A DNA stretch of 64,000 nt from assembly GCA_964195945.1 (NCBI GenBank), contig CAXMRC010000135.1:16518-80517 (forward strand). The letters run 5' to 3'. Positions within the stretch are counted from its first letter, which is position 1; every line of letters begins with the position of its first letter. Below, in pieces: positions 20,237 through 28,979 of the stretch. The notes below the pieces were generated by a model. It did no database searches and was not told where the DNA came from. It was given only the letters and a program-made list of their open reading frames with translations. The DNA is from an uncultured Gemmatimonadales bacterium. Lineage in GTDB: Bacteria > Actinomycetota > Acidimicrobiia > Spongiisociales > UBA5794. The position numbers and the translations under genes are program-made.

Positions 20237-23200
20237 ACGAACTCTGGACCTCCATCGGCCCACGCGGGGCATAAGGAACGTAGACCGCATCGATCACAGT
20301 GCGGACCGGGATTTGGTGACCAGTCCTCGTTTTGGATTCCAATGGCGATCGCGGTGAGGCGTGCTTCGACCTCGTCAAGTCCTTCCATCTTGAACTTGCG
20401 GACTGCGACCTTCTTGTTCGACGCCATCGGGTACCACAGTTCGGCCCCGACGACCGCGCCCAGCGCACCGATTTCCTCGTCACGCTGTGCGGCGAGTGCG
20501 TAGAACCCCAGCTGCAGCGACTCGCTGGCCTCGGCAACGGTGACCGGGCTTCTGCTTGTCTTGTAGTCGACCACGGTTACACCGGCGGGGGACACATCGA
20601 TCCTGTCGGCTCGTCCTGTCCACCTGACACCGGCTATCACCGTGTCGAGCCTTTGCTCCAAAACCGCGGCAGTTCGCTGCGGGGCCGGCCAGTTCTGGTA
20701 GAGCTTGGCCAAGCCAGCGTGAGCGCGCTGCACCCACGAGTTCGAGAAGGGGGGACCCTCAAAGTCGTATGGATCGAACCTGTCGTTTAGCTCTTGGAGC
20801 GCCTCCTCCAGAGTGCTGTGAGGCCGGCCGTCGGCGACGGCACGTTTTTCGGCTGCTTCCAGCACGTCGTGGATCAGCGTCCCAAACGTTGCGTGGATGG
20901 AGCTGTCCGATCCCACCTTGAGACGCCGTTCAAGTGCATAGCGACGGGGGCAGATTTCGTAGCCCTGCGCTTGCGAGGGAGACAGAACCGGATCGGCACC
21001 GACGAGGAGGTCGTTCGGTCCGCGGGCGGGGACACCGCTGAAAAGCTGCGGTGAGCGTAGATCCCAGGTTGGGCCGTCGGCGAGGGTTGTCAGTGCTGCA
21101 AGACGTGAGGGCGATGGTGCTGCCACGTCTGTCAAACAGCGTCGTAGTGCAGATTCGGCTTCGCTGGGGGTGACCGGTAGACGAGAAGATTCCTGGGGTG
21201 TGGTGTCAGGGGAAACGCATATCTCGATGCGGCCGGCTGGTCGGCCCGGATCTTGGTTGATGGTGGCGGCGATCTTGGTGAAGAACCTGCTCGGTCTTCC
21301 CGGCCCGTCGTCGAGGCCCCGCTCGGTTGCCGTCCACACGACCCGGCGTCGCGCCCGCGTCATTGCCGTGTAGGCGAGACGGCTCTCTTCCTGAAGACGG
21401 AAGGCGCGGTACTCGGCGGTGTCAGTCGGCACGTGAGGGAGAAGGTGCCTGACTCCGAGGAGAGAGTCGCGAGACCGGAGATCTGGGAAGACACCATCGA
21501 CGGCATCGGCGATGAAGACGACATCGAGCTCAAGCCCTTTCGCTTGGTGCAGGGTCGTCAAGGTAAGGCGATCACCGTCGGGTCGGCGGTAGCTGAGCAG
21601 CGGCTGTGCTTCGAAGTCTTCGCTTTCAGCCAAACCGCGGTAGTCGAGCAGCGTCCCTTTTGGATTTCTTTCTTCCCATCGATTGAGCACCTGCGCTAAC
21701 GACCGCCATGCCGCCCGCTCTTCGGCCGCGGTCGGGTCATTGACCATCTCTTCGATTCCAGGCAGCTCGCTCCATACACGCCACAAACCTTGCACCGCAG
21801 GAACCTGATTGGCCCAGCTGGCGTCTGCGATGAGGTTGGCCAGCGGAGCCCAATCTGGGAGGGTGGCCCTGATCGCGGGGGCCCAGGCGCCGGTTGATCT
21901 TGCGGTTCTTTCCAGTGCTCGGTACGCCCCAATGGTCAACCCGACGCGGGATCCGAGCAACACCCTCCGCAAGGATTGATTTGCTGCGATTGGTCCGTCA
22001 CACGCGGTAGCAGCTACGGCGAGGTCGAGTAGAAAGCGAACCGCGGGCTGGTCGGTGAGCCTGCTGCCGGGTAGTTCGTGGGGCACATGACGTCTCTCCA
22101 GTGCCCGTGACATGTCAGCCAGGAAGCGACGTTTGCTGCGAACGAAGACTCCGATGTTGCTGTACGGGATTCTCTCCGTCAGGTGGAGGCGCTGTGCCTC
22201 GGATGCGATCCATTCTGCTTCTTCTACCTGTTGGTCAAACAGATACGCCTCGACAGCACCGCGACCTGCGGCAGGGACTACGGCTCCTGTCGCCCCTGGG
22301 AGGTCTCCGGTGGTTACGTGTACGGCCGCGTTGAGGATGGTCTCTGGCGTACGGAAGGAGGTCGTCAGCAGAATGCGTGTTGCCATCTCATCCGAGGCCC
22401 CAAAATCGCTCTCGAACGCAGCGACATTTTCGACGGTGGCGCCGCGGAAGCTGTATATCGACTGGTAGGGATCGGCGGCAGCTGCGATATGCCGTCCGCG
22501 ATGCTGTAGAGCTTGTAGCAGTCGAACCTGGGCTGTAGTGGTGTCCTGGTACTCATCAACCAGGACATAGCCAGGGGAGTCGACCGTTGCGAGATCGCCG
22601 GACTCCAGCAAAGTGACCGCGGTAGCGATCAGGGTTCCGTAGTCGATGCGGTCGGTCCCGCGTAGCTCGTTGGTGTACGTCTCGAGGAATTGAGGGAGGC
22701 CTTTCCAATCATCCCGCTGCATCGTGGCGAGGGAGGTCGGTGTGTGCATCTGCTCGGCGGCGCGCAGTATGAAGTCGGTCACTTCCTTTGCAAATGTCTG
22801 AGTGCCAAGAAGCTGCGAAAACGCCTGTGACCACGACCCGGGGTTCTCCGCGAGGAGAAGACGATGTACAAGTGCAACTTGTTCCGGACCAGTCAGGATC
22901 TGAGGGTTGACGGTCCAACCCGCCTGCTCGGCATGGTTCTCGACGAGCCGTGCGGCATATGAGTGAAAAGTTGCGACATCGAGTTCCCCGATGGTCGCGG
23001 GTATGCCGGCGCGGATTCGTTCTCGAACCTCTGCCACACCACGGCGGGAGAAGCCGAGGATCGTAATAGCCTCGGGGCGAACTTCCTTTGCGGTAAGCAA
23101 GTGGATAGCCCGACGCACCAGAAACTCGGTCTTGCCGGTTCCCGGCCCCCCGACAACTATCTGTGGTCCGTCAGTTAGGGCGACCGCGTCGGCCCATCCG

Positions 23201-23247
23201 TCCGGTTCGACAGCGATGATCGGCGCGTCTTGGGACCATTGGCTCAC
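20233..23247 (-). CDS. adnA: AdnA-like UvrD-family helicase-nuclease subunit
   Basis: The N-terminus has VVGGPGTGKTEFL, and DEYQDT, IYSFRGA and HQAKGLE follow. The C-terminal nuclease region ends in HCDRCGLRSLC. The start overlaps the stop of the upstream nuclease gene. Confidence 0.75.
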   Translation of the reverse strand: MSQWSQDAPIIAVEPDGWADAVALTDGPQIVVGGPGTGKTEFLVRRAIHLLTAKEVRPEAITILGFSRRGVAEVRERIRAGIPATIGELDVATFHSYAARLVENHAEQAGWTVNPQILTGPEQVALVHRLLLAENPGSWSQAFSQLLGTQTFAKEVTDFILRAAEQMHTPTSLATMQRDDWKGLPQFLETYTNELRGTDRIDYGTLIATAVTLLESGDLATVDSPGYVLVDEYQDTTTAQVRLLQALQHRGRHIAAAADPYQSIYSFRGATVENVAAFESDFGASDEMATRILLTTSFRTPETILNAAVHVTTGDLPGATGAVVPAAGRGAVEAYLFDQQVEEAEWIASEAQRLHLTERIPYSNIGVFVRSKRRFLADMSRALERRHVPHELPGSRLTDQPAVRFLLDLAVAATACDGPIAANQSLRRVLLGSRVGLTIGAYRALERTARSTGAWAPAIRATLPDWAPLANLIADASWANQVPAVQGLWRVWSELPGIEEMVNDPTAAEERAAWRSLAQVLNRWEERNPKGTLLDYRGLAESEDFEAQPLLSYRRPDGDRLTLTTLHQAKGLELDVVFIADAVDGVFPDLRSRDSLLGVRHLLPHVPTDTAEYRAFRLQEESRLAYTAMTRARRRVVWTATERGLDDGPGRPSRFFTKIAATINQDPGRPAGRIEICVSPDTTPQESSRLPVTPSEAESALRRCLTDVAAPSPSRLAALTTLADGPTWDLRSPQLFSGVPARGPNDLLVGADPVLSPSQAQGYEICPRRYALERRLKVGSDSSIHATFGTLIHDVLEAAEKRAVADGRPHSTLEEALQELNDRFDPYDFEGPPFSNSWVQRAHAGLAKLYQNWPAPQRTAAVLEQRLDTVIAGVRWTGRADRIDVSPAGVTVVDYKTSRSPVTVAEASESLQLGFYALAAQRDEEIGALGAVVGAELWYPMASNKKVAVRKFKMEGLDEVEARLTAIAIGIQNEDWSPNPGPHCDRCGLRSLCPAWADGGPEFV

Positions 23248-24086
23248 GACGCGGCGACTGCGGCGTTCGCCTCATCGGCAAATGCAGGGCAGCGATCTTG
23301 GAACTGGCACCAACCACACAGCTTGCCTGGTCGGGGAGGGAAATCGTTTTTGACGATTGCCCGATTGATCGCAGACCACAATGCCTCTAACTTTCGCTGT
23401 GTTGCGTCCAGTTGGAGGTCGTTCACCGGTATCTCGTAGACGGTTGGCCCGTTGAGGTACATCAGCTTCAGGCGGACTGGAGTTCGTCCGATCCGCTTCC
23501 TGATCAATAACGCATAGATTTTTAGGGCAAAGAACGCCGGGATTGCATACTGCTCGGGAGGAGCTTTACCGGTCTTGTAATCAGTGATCACAACACCGTC
23601 CGGTTCCTCTTCCATACGGTCCAGGATCCCTCGAATCGTCATATCTCCGAGATCCTCGGTCATGTCCAGCTCGCGGTCGAGTGGCTCGAGTTGGGTCGGA
23701 TCCTCTACCAAGAAATAATTGGCGAGAACACCGAGACTTTCGATGCCCCAGGCCCGCTCATCTTCAGTGTTGTCAAAGAGGTCGGGGAACTCTTCGTCGC
23801 GGAGCTCCACCCACGCCTTGCGGAACAACCCGTAAAGGGTTTCGGGTGTTCGTTCTTTGGCGGCTAGGTCAAATAGCCATTGCAGTGCTAGATGAGCTGT
23901 TGTCCCGCGTGCCTGATAGACCGTTGGCGGAACTTCGATCTTGTCGATCGCCTTGAATTTGAAAAGCTGTGGGCAGACTTTGAAGTCGCCGGCGCGGCTT
24001 GGCGATAGCGTCTCCAAGGAGGTCGGCGGAGACATCTCCGGCTTCGGTCGAGGTGTCTTCTGCGGGGTTTTGTCAGGAGTTGTCAT
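23244..24086 (-). CDS. Cas4-like / RecB-family PD-(D/E)XK nuclease with a 4-Cys Fe-S cluster
   Basis: An N-terminal Cys (FKVCPQLF) pairs with a C-terminal CGWCQFQDRC, giving the C..CxxCx5C pattern. A DYK(TG) motif is present. GGAGA sits 5 nt before the ATG at 24086. The ORF track extends to 24344. Confidence 0.65.
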   Translation of the reverse strand: MTTPDKTPQKTPRPKPEMSPPTSLETLSPSRAGDFKVCPQLFKFKAIDKIEVPPTVYQARGTTAHLALQWLFDLAAKERTPETLYGLFRKAWVELRDEEFPDLFDNTEDERAWGIESLGVLANYFLVEDPTQLEPLDRELDMTEDLGDMTIRGILDRMEEEPDGVVITDYKTGKAPPEQYAIPAFFALKIYALLIRKRIGRTPVRLKLMYLNGPTVYEIPVNDLQLDATQRKLEALWSAINRAIVKNDFPPRPGKLCGWCQFQDRCPAFADEANAAVAAS

Positions 24087-24239
24087 CGTTTCTCCGACTA
24101 TACGCCGGCCCACCGACATAAACCACATCGATGTAGTTATCCACAGCCGGACGCGTCGATGGAGCAGCGGCAACAGCCGATGGTGATGCATCGCGAAACA
24201 ATTTCGTAGCACGCGAAAACTATAATGCGATCTGGTTTG

Positions 24240-24975
24240 ACTGCCCGCTGCGGTCGGCTTTACGTTATGGGTCCTTGAGGGCTCCACCCATGGAGGAGCG
24301 GAATTCGGAAGGACGGGACCAGGGAAACCGGACCCGACCGGCACCGGATTCTATGACCAGGGCGCTTGCGTCCACGGTCACCCGGAATGGATACATTCCG
24401 TCTCGGCGGCGCTTCGGCAAAGCCGGGAAACCCGCCGCAGGGACTTCGGTCTCAGTGGCACGTCGGACAGGCTTCGGCCTCAAAGACAGCCTGCGGGACT
24501 TCGGTCCGGCAGATGCTGCGGCTTCGGCCACAGCAAAACTGGGTGAGCTTCGGCTCGACCAGCGTTCTCCGAGTGAGGCGCATCGCCCACCGGGTGCGGG
24601 CTTCGGCCCAAGCCAGGTAGACGGTTGCCGCACCCGCAGGACCGATAAGACTTCTGGTCTTATCAACACACCGGTGCGATCGGTGGTCACGAGGGTTTCC
24701 TCGATTGAGAGCTTCGGCTCTGAACTGAGAGTCGTCAGGCTTAGGTCTGGTGGCAAGCCAGCGGGATCAAAAGGTCACACGGGTTGCCCCGAGCGAGGGC
24801 TTCGGCACTCGCAAGGAGCGGCACGGCTGGCTCGTGGCAGGACTTCGGTCCTGAACCGAGCGAGACGAGCAGCGACTGGAAGGGCCCGACCCCTCGGGGT
24901 AGGTGCCCGACCGAAAGCAAAGAATCCCCGAGAGGGTGGCGGTTTCGGCCAAAACTCCCTCGGGGTTTTCTTTGT
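24240..24975 (+). ncRNA. Candidate large structured RNA: an array of ~11 cUUCGg tetraloop hairpins ending in a terminator-like hairpin plus U-tract
   Basis: No convincing ORF covers the region. Perfect small palindromes recur at 24411, 24442, 24470, 24495, 24520, 24545, 24598, 24708, 24797 and 24840. Each carries a UUCG loop on the plus strand only. Nested junctions occur, for example CGGCGG..GCUUCGGC..CGGGAAACCCG..CCGCCG. The last hairpin (24918-24962) is followed by uuuucuuuguu. Confidence 0.35.
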
Positions 24976-24981
24976 TCGTGT

Positions 24982-25590
24982 TCAGCCGCAACCAGTGGCG
25001 AGCTCGATAAGGGTTACGGTGTCGGATTCCTCACGCCCACTGAGCAGCCCACGAATCTCAGTCCCGGCAATGCGGAACGACCACACATCCAGCTCCGTGT
25101 TGCCATCGACAGTCAAATCCGACCCGTAAGCGTCGGTGAGATCGCTGACGGTGCTTCCCAACCCCACACCAGCCGCGGTTGTCAATCTGAGGCCGCGGGG
25201 GTCAAATCCGCCCACGTTTTCGGAGTAGTCGTAGCCGTAGGAATAGGAGTAGAACCAGCCCCCAAGACGGTTCGCACCATCTCTGATGAAAATCGTCAAC
25301 AGGCTTCCCCACCCAATCGCCCGCATTTCGGAGCCGGGGCATGATCCGTAGATATTTGGCTCCGAGACAATCCAGTCGGAATCGTGATCGGGCTCACCGA
25401 AGAGGGCCGAGATCTCGGCGATCACGGTCTCCGGGGGCACCCCAAGCAGCACATCGCCGAGTCCATCATCCTCCAATACCAACTCCGCCAGCGGAGCGGT
25501 GTCGGACCCTTCCGGGCCGGGCTCGGTCACGGCGCACCCGGACGCCAGCAAGACCACGAACGCCAGGACAAGATGAGAGGTTGATCGCAT
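24982..25590 (-). CDS. Lipoprotein of unknown function
   Basis: Signal peptide plus lipobox MRSTSHLVLAFVVLLASGCAV. The ORF extends to 25839, and I take the signal-peptide Met at 25590 as the start. Confidence 0.5.
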   Translation of the reverse strand: MRSTSHLVLAFVVLLASGCAVTEPGPEGSDTAPLAELVLEDDGLGDVLLGVPPETVIAEISALFGEPDHDSDWIVSEPNIYGSCPGSEMRAIGWGSLLTIFIRDGANRLGGWFYSYSYGYDYSENVGGFDPRGLRLTTAAGVGLGSTVSDLTDAYGSDLTVDGNTELDVWSFRIAGTEIRGLLSGREESDTVTLIELATGCG

Positions 25591-25620
25591 AGGGAACCAA
25601 ACCCTAGAGCCAAACACCGC

Positions 25621-27414
25621 ATGGTCCAACGCGATAAGCTCCGTGCGGCTGGAGGAGAGCCGATGGATGACGATACAGGCAGCATGACTGACGGTTCGGG
25701 GCCCCGGGTCACGCGCGAGCTCGACCTCGTCGGTCGGCGGCGTGAGTTTCGGATCGCTGGTGTCACCGTTGCCGGTCGACGGCGACGCCCATCGGGAGAA
25801 GCTGCACCACTGCCACGGGAATTGCGGACAGCGGGTCATCTCTGGTTGCTATCCGGGCTTCTCATGGTCGCTGTCTGGATATCTCTCTTTTTGGTTCCGG
25901 CTTCAACAGACTGGTGGAGCGTCCAGGATCACAAAGCCTTGGCCTGGTTTGTCGACCTACGTTCGGACAGCCTCACCTCCGTTGCCAAAGCCTTCAACGC
26001 ACTGACCTCTGACATGTTTATCCGGGTGCTGCGGGTCGGGACTCTGCTCTCGCTGGTGTTTATCAAGAGATGGCGTCATTTCTTTGCGGTGCTGTTGGCA
26101 ATTCTGATCGTGCAGGGCACAGGCGAGGCCCTCCAGGGCATGGTCGGACGTCCCCGTCCGCTGGTTCCGATCCTTGCCGACTGGCGCGGTGCCTCCCACC
26201 CATCGCTCCCGGTGGCAGCGTTGGCGGTCACCTTTGGCGTTATGGCCTATGCGCTTCTTCCCAGCAGTAGGTGGAGACGAGGGATACTTGTTGGCTCGGG
26301 GGCGCTCATGGTCGTGGTGGCGTTTGCCAGGGTATATCTCGGGGTTGACCACCCATCCGATGCTTGGGTATCGCTGCTGTTTGCTCCCGCGGTGGCGGTC
26401 GTGGTGTTTCGGCTGTTCGCCCCGGAGGCTGCATTCCCGGTGTCATGGAAGCGTGGCGTCACTGCTCACCTCGACGTGTCGGGGCGCCGCGGTGTTGCTA
26501 TCCGTAACGCGGTGCGAGATCAGCTGGGTATCGAACTGGTCTCCATCGAGCCATTCGGGCAGGAAGGATCCGGCGGCTCGACACCCCTACGACTCGAAAT
26601 GGCCCCTGACCGAGCTCACGGTGAGAACTATCTATTCGCAAAGCTCTACAGCCAGACCCACCTGAGGTCGGATCGTTGGTACAAGGTGGGGAGGACAATC
26701 CTCTATGGAGCGCTCGAAGATGAGCTGCGCTTCACCTCGGTGCGCCGCTTGGTCGAGTACGAGGACTATATCCAGCGGGTGATGCGGGACTGCGGCATCC
26801 CGGCCGCGGAGCCGTTCGGAATCGTCGAGATAACCCCTGACAGGGAATATCTGATGGTGAGTCAATTCCTTTTCGAATCAGAGGAGTTGACGGATGCCGA
26901 AGTCGATGTCGATCTTGTCGACGACGCCCTCGGTGTTATTCGCCAGATGTGGGATGCCGGACTGGCCCACCGCGACATCAAACCTGCGAACGTGATGGTT
27001 AGGAACAATCAGGTCGTGCTTATCGACGTTGCGTTCGGAACGGTTCGCCCCAGCCCATGGCGACAAGCTGTGGATCTAGCCAACATGATGGTGATCCTGG
27101 CGTTGCGAACCGACGCGGAGCTCGTATACCAGCGGGCGCTACTGCAGTTCGATTCGCATGACATCGCCGAGGCATTCGCCGCAACACGGAGCGTTACGTT
27201 GCCGTCACAATCGCGTAGCTCGCTCGCTCTGTTGAAGCGTGAGGAAGGGATCGACATCGTCAAGGAATTCCGTCGCTTGGCGCCGGCAGCAGAGCCGATT
27301 TCGATACAGCGGTGGAGCACCCGGCGTATTGGCCTGACCGTCGGTGCTGCCTTCCTCGCAGTCCTGTTGCTCAGCATCATCGTGTCCGAGATCTCCGGAG
27401 GGGGCATGTTGTGA
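25621..27414 (+). CDS. Membrane protein fusing a PAP2 lipid phosphatase to a Hanks-type Ser/Thr-kinase-like domain
   Basis: The PAP2 motifs are VGRPRP, SHPS and ARVYLGVDHPSD. The kinase-like part has a G-loop FGQEGSGGS, a beta3 Lys in LFAKLY, an alphaC Glu, a catalytic loop LAHRDIKPANVMV and IDVAFG about 19 residues on. A C-terminal TM helix closes the protein. Confidence 0.6.
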   Translation: MVQRDKLRAAGGEPMDDDTGSMTDGSGPRVTRELDLVGRRREFRIAGVTVAGRRRRPSGEAAPLPRELRTAGHLWLLSGLLMVAVWISLFLVPASTDWWSVQDHKALAWFVDLRSDSLTSVAKAFNALTSDMFIRVLRVGTLLSLVFIKRWRHFFAVLLAILIVQGTGEALQGMVGRPRPLVPILADWRGASHPSLPVAALAVTFGVMAYALLPSSRWRRGILVGSGALMVVVAFARVYLGVDHPSDAWVSLLFAPAVAVVVFRLFAPEAAFPVSWKRGVTAHLDVSGRRGVAIRNAVRDQLGIELVSIEPFGQEGSGGSTPLRLEMAPDRAHGENYLFAKLYSQTHLRSDRWYKVGRTILYGALEDELRFTSVRRLVEYEDYIQRVMRDCGIPAAEPFGIVEITPDREYLMVSQFLFESEELTDAEVDVDLVDDALGVIRQMWDAGLAHRDIKPANVMVRNNQVVLIDVAFGTVRPSPWRQAVDLANMMVILALRTDAELVYQRALLQFDSHDIAEAFAATRSVTLPSQSRSSLALLKREEGIDIVKEFRRLAPAAEPISIQRWSTRRIGLTVGAAFLAVLLLSIIVSEISGGGML

Positions 27415-28274
27415 GCAAACGTCTCGTCCTTGTTGTAACGGCCATTGCTCTTGTCACAGCTGGTTGTGGGAGGCTCGGCCTCGGATTGCCCGCGTGTGAC
27501 ACGGGCACAAGTAGCCCAACGGGCGCTTCGGTGTTGACACTGCAGGCAGTACCGCGTGCCGACTACGCACCATGTCTCAATTCGCTGAAATTGGGCTGGG
27601 ATCACGTTGAGTTTGAGGTGCAAAGTGATCTGATGTCACTCGAGTTCGGGAGGCAGCGCGAACTCGAGTTCCAACCATTTCTCGAGGTACGTCTTACGCC
27701 TTCGTGCGATGTCGGTGATGCGGTCGAGGTGCCAAGCGGGATGGACGACATCGATCGGTTTGATGACATCACGCAGGTGACGGACGAGATTCGAGTGACG
27801 ATTGTTCCCGACGGAGAGCGGCCCCGTATCTTTGCCAACGGCCTCGCCGGTGATCTGGCCGGGGTGCGCATTGAGGATCGGCCGGTGGTTTTTGCGGTCG
27901 ACGAAGACATCGATTTCTCCGTTCGTTCTCGAGTCAACAAGGCGCTGTTTAGTGATCAATACGTGTGGATCGTCAATGATCTTGATATCGACGAAGGCAC
28001 GCTCGAGGTGCGCAGCACCCCTGATGGAGAGGGAGCGAGAGGTCTTGAGGTGGACGAGGCACTCCACCGTATCGAGGAGATGACTCCTGAGGTCAGCTAC
28101 CGAGGACAGTGGTACTTCGTATTCAACGGAGGATGCATCACGTACGACTTTGACGCCAAGGGAGCCGTCGCCACCACCATCGAACAGGACGCCGTTGAAG
28201 CGATTGGGTTCTATCCCAACAATGAACTCCGCGAAGCGGGCCGGCGGGCCGGCTACGAGATCATTGGTGAATAG
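27411..28274 (+). CDS. Lipoprotein of unknown function, translationally coupled to the PAP2-kinase gene
   Basis: The GTG start overlaps the upstream stop (GTGA). The signal peptide plus lipobox is VSKRLVLVVTAIALVTAGCG. Confidence 0.6.
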   Translation: MSKRLVLVVTAIALVTAGCGRLGLGLPACDTGTSSPTGASVLTLQAVPRADYAPCLNSLKLGWDHVEFEVQSDLMSLEFGRQRELEFQPFLEVRLTPSCDVGDAVEVPSGMDDIDRFDDITQVTDEIRVTIVPDGERPRIFANGLAGDLAGVRIEDRPVVFAVDEDIDFSVRSRVNKALFSDQYVWIVNDLDIDEGTLEVRSTPDGEGARGLEVDEALHRIEEMTPEVSYRGQWYFVFNGGCITYDFDAKGAVATTIEQDAVEAIGFYPNNELREAGRRAGYEIIGE

Positions 28275-28280
28275 ATCATC

Positions 28281-28979
28281 ATGACAAGTCCGGTCGAGCC
28301 CGAAAGTGCCGAGCACCACGGTATTGAACACCTGATTCTTGACGACCATCAGTGGGCGGAACGGATCGCGATTTTGCTGTGGGCGATTGCGGGGCTTTCC
28401 TTTGTTGCGATGGCGATTCCGGCAACCCGGGACATTCTCGATTCCTTCGATCTGTGGTTCAACGAACTGACCTATCCGATCAAGTGGGCCCCGTTGACAG
28501 ATCTGTCACACCTGATGGCCTTCCTCGGAAGCGCATGGTTTGTGTGGCCGTTTCGCCTGGTCGTGGGTTCGGTGCTGTATGTCAAGAAGCGTTGGCTCGC
28601 CCTGGCAGGGTGGGTGCTGCCGATTGTCATGTCTGAGCCATTGATCGGGTCGTTGAAGGCGGCTTACGACCGGCCCCGTCCGGTGGAAAGCCTGGTTGAC
28701 GTAGCTTCCGGTGCGTTCCCATCGGGGCATGCGGTCGCGGGTGCTGTCATTGCCATATCTTTGGTCATCGTGTTGGTTCCCCCTGGAGTCGCCCGACGGA
28801 ACCTCGAGATGGCTGCGGCCGGGTTCGCCGTGCTTATGGCGGGGTCGCGGCTGTATCTCGGCGCCCACTGGCTTACCGACGTTTTTGGAGGCGTTGCCCT
28901 TGGCGCGGCGTGTGCCATCGGCGGTGCGGCGATAGCACAGCGCTGGTACCGCCGACGGACCAGCACAGCCGGCTTCTAG
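28281..28979 (+). CDS. PAP2-family phosphatase (phosphatidic acid phosphatase type 2)
   Basis: The motifs are YDRPRP, PSGHA and GSRLYLGAHWLTD. It is hydrophobic with multiple TM segments. Confidence 0.7.
   Translation: MTSPVEPESAEHHGIEHLILDDHQWAERIAILLWAIAGLSFVAMAIPATRDILDSFDLWFNELTYPIKWAPLTDLSHLMAFLGSAWFVWPFRLVVGSVLYVKKRWLALAGWVLPIVMSEPLIGSLKAAYDRPRPVESLVDVASGAFPSGHAVAGAVIAISLVIVLVPPGVARRNLEMAAAGFAVLMAGSRLYLGAHWLTDVFGGVALGAACAIGGAAIAQRWYRRRTSTAGF

Noticed and set aside
24410-24860. Could the repeated small palindromes be a CRISPR array?
   Set aside because: The units are 10-12 nt against 24-48 for CRISPR. Spacers vary in length from 4 to 70 nt. No cas genes are adjacent. The adjacent Cas4-like gene belongs to the adnAB operon.
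24275-25129. A 284-aa plus-strand ORF across the hairpin-array region, whose cttcgg units read as recurring FG dipeptides
   Set aside because: The translation is an Arg/Gly/Ala-rich low-complexity string with no motif. It is the kind of open frame GC-rich DNA makes by chance. The palindromic DNA structure explains the periodicity better than a protein does.
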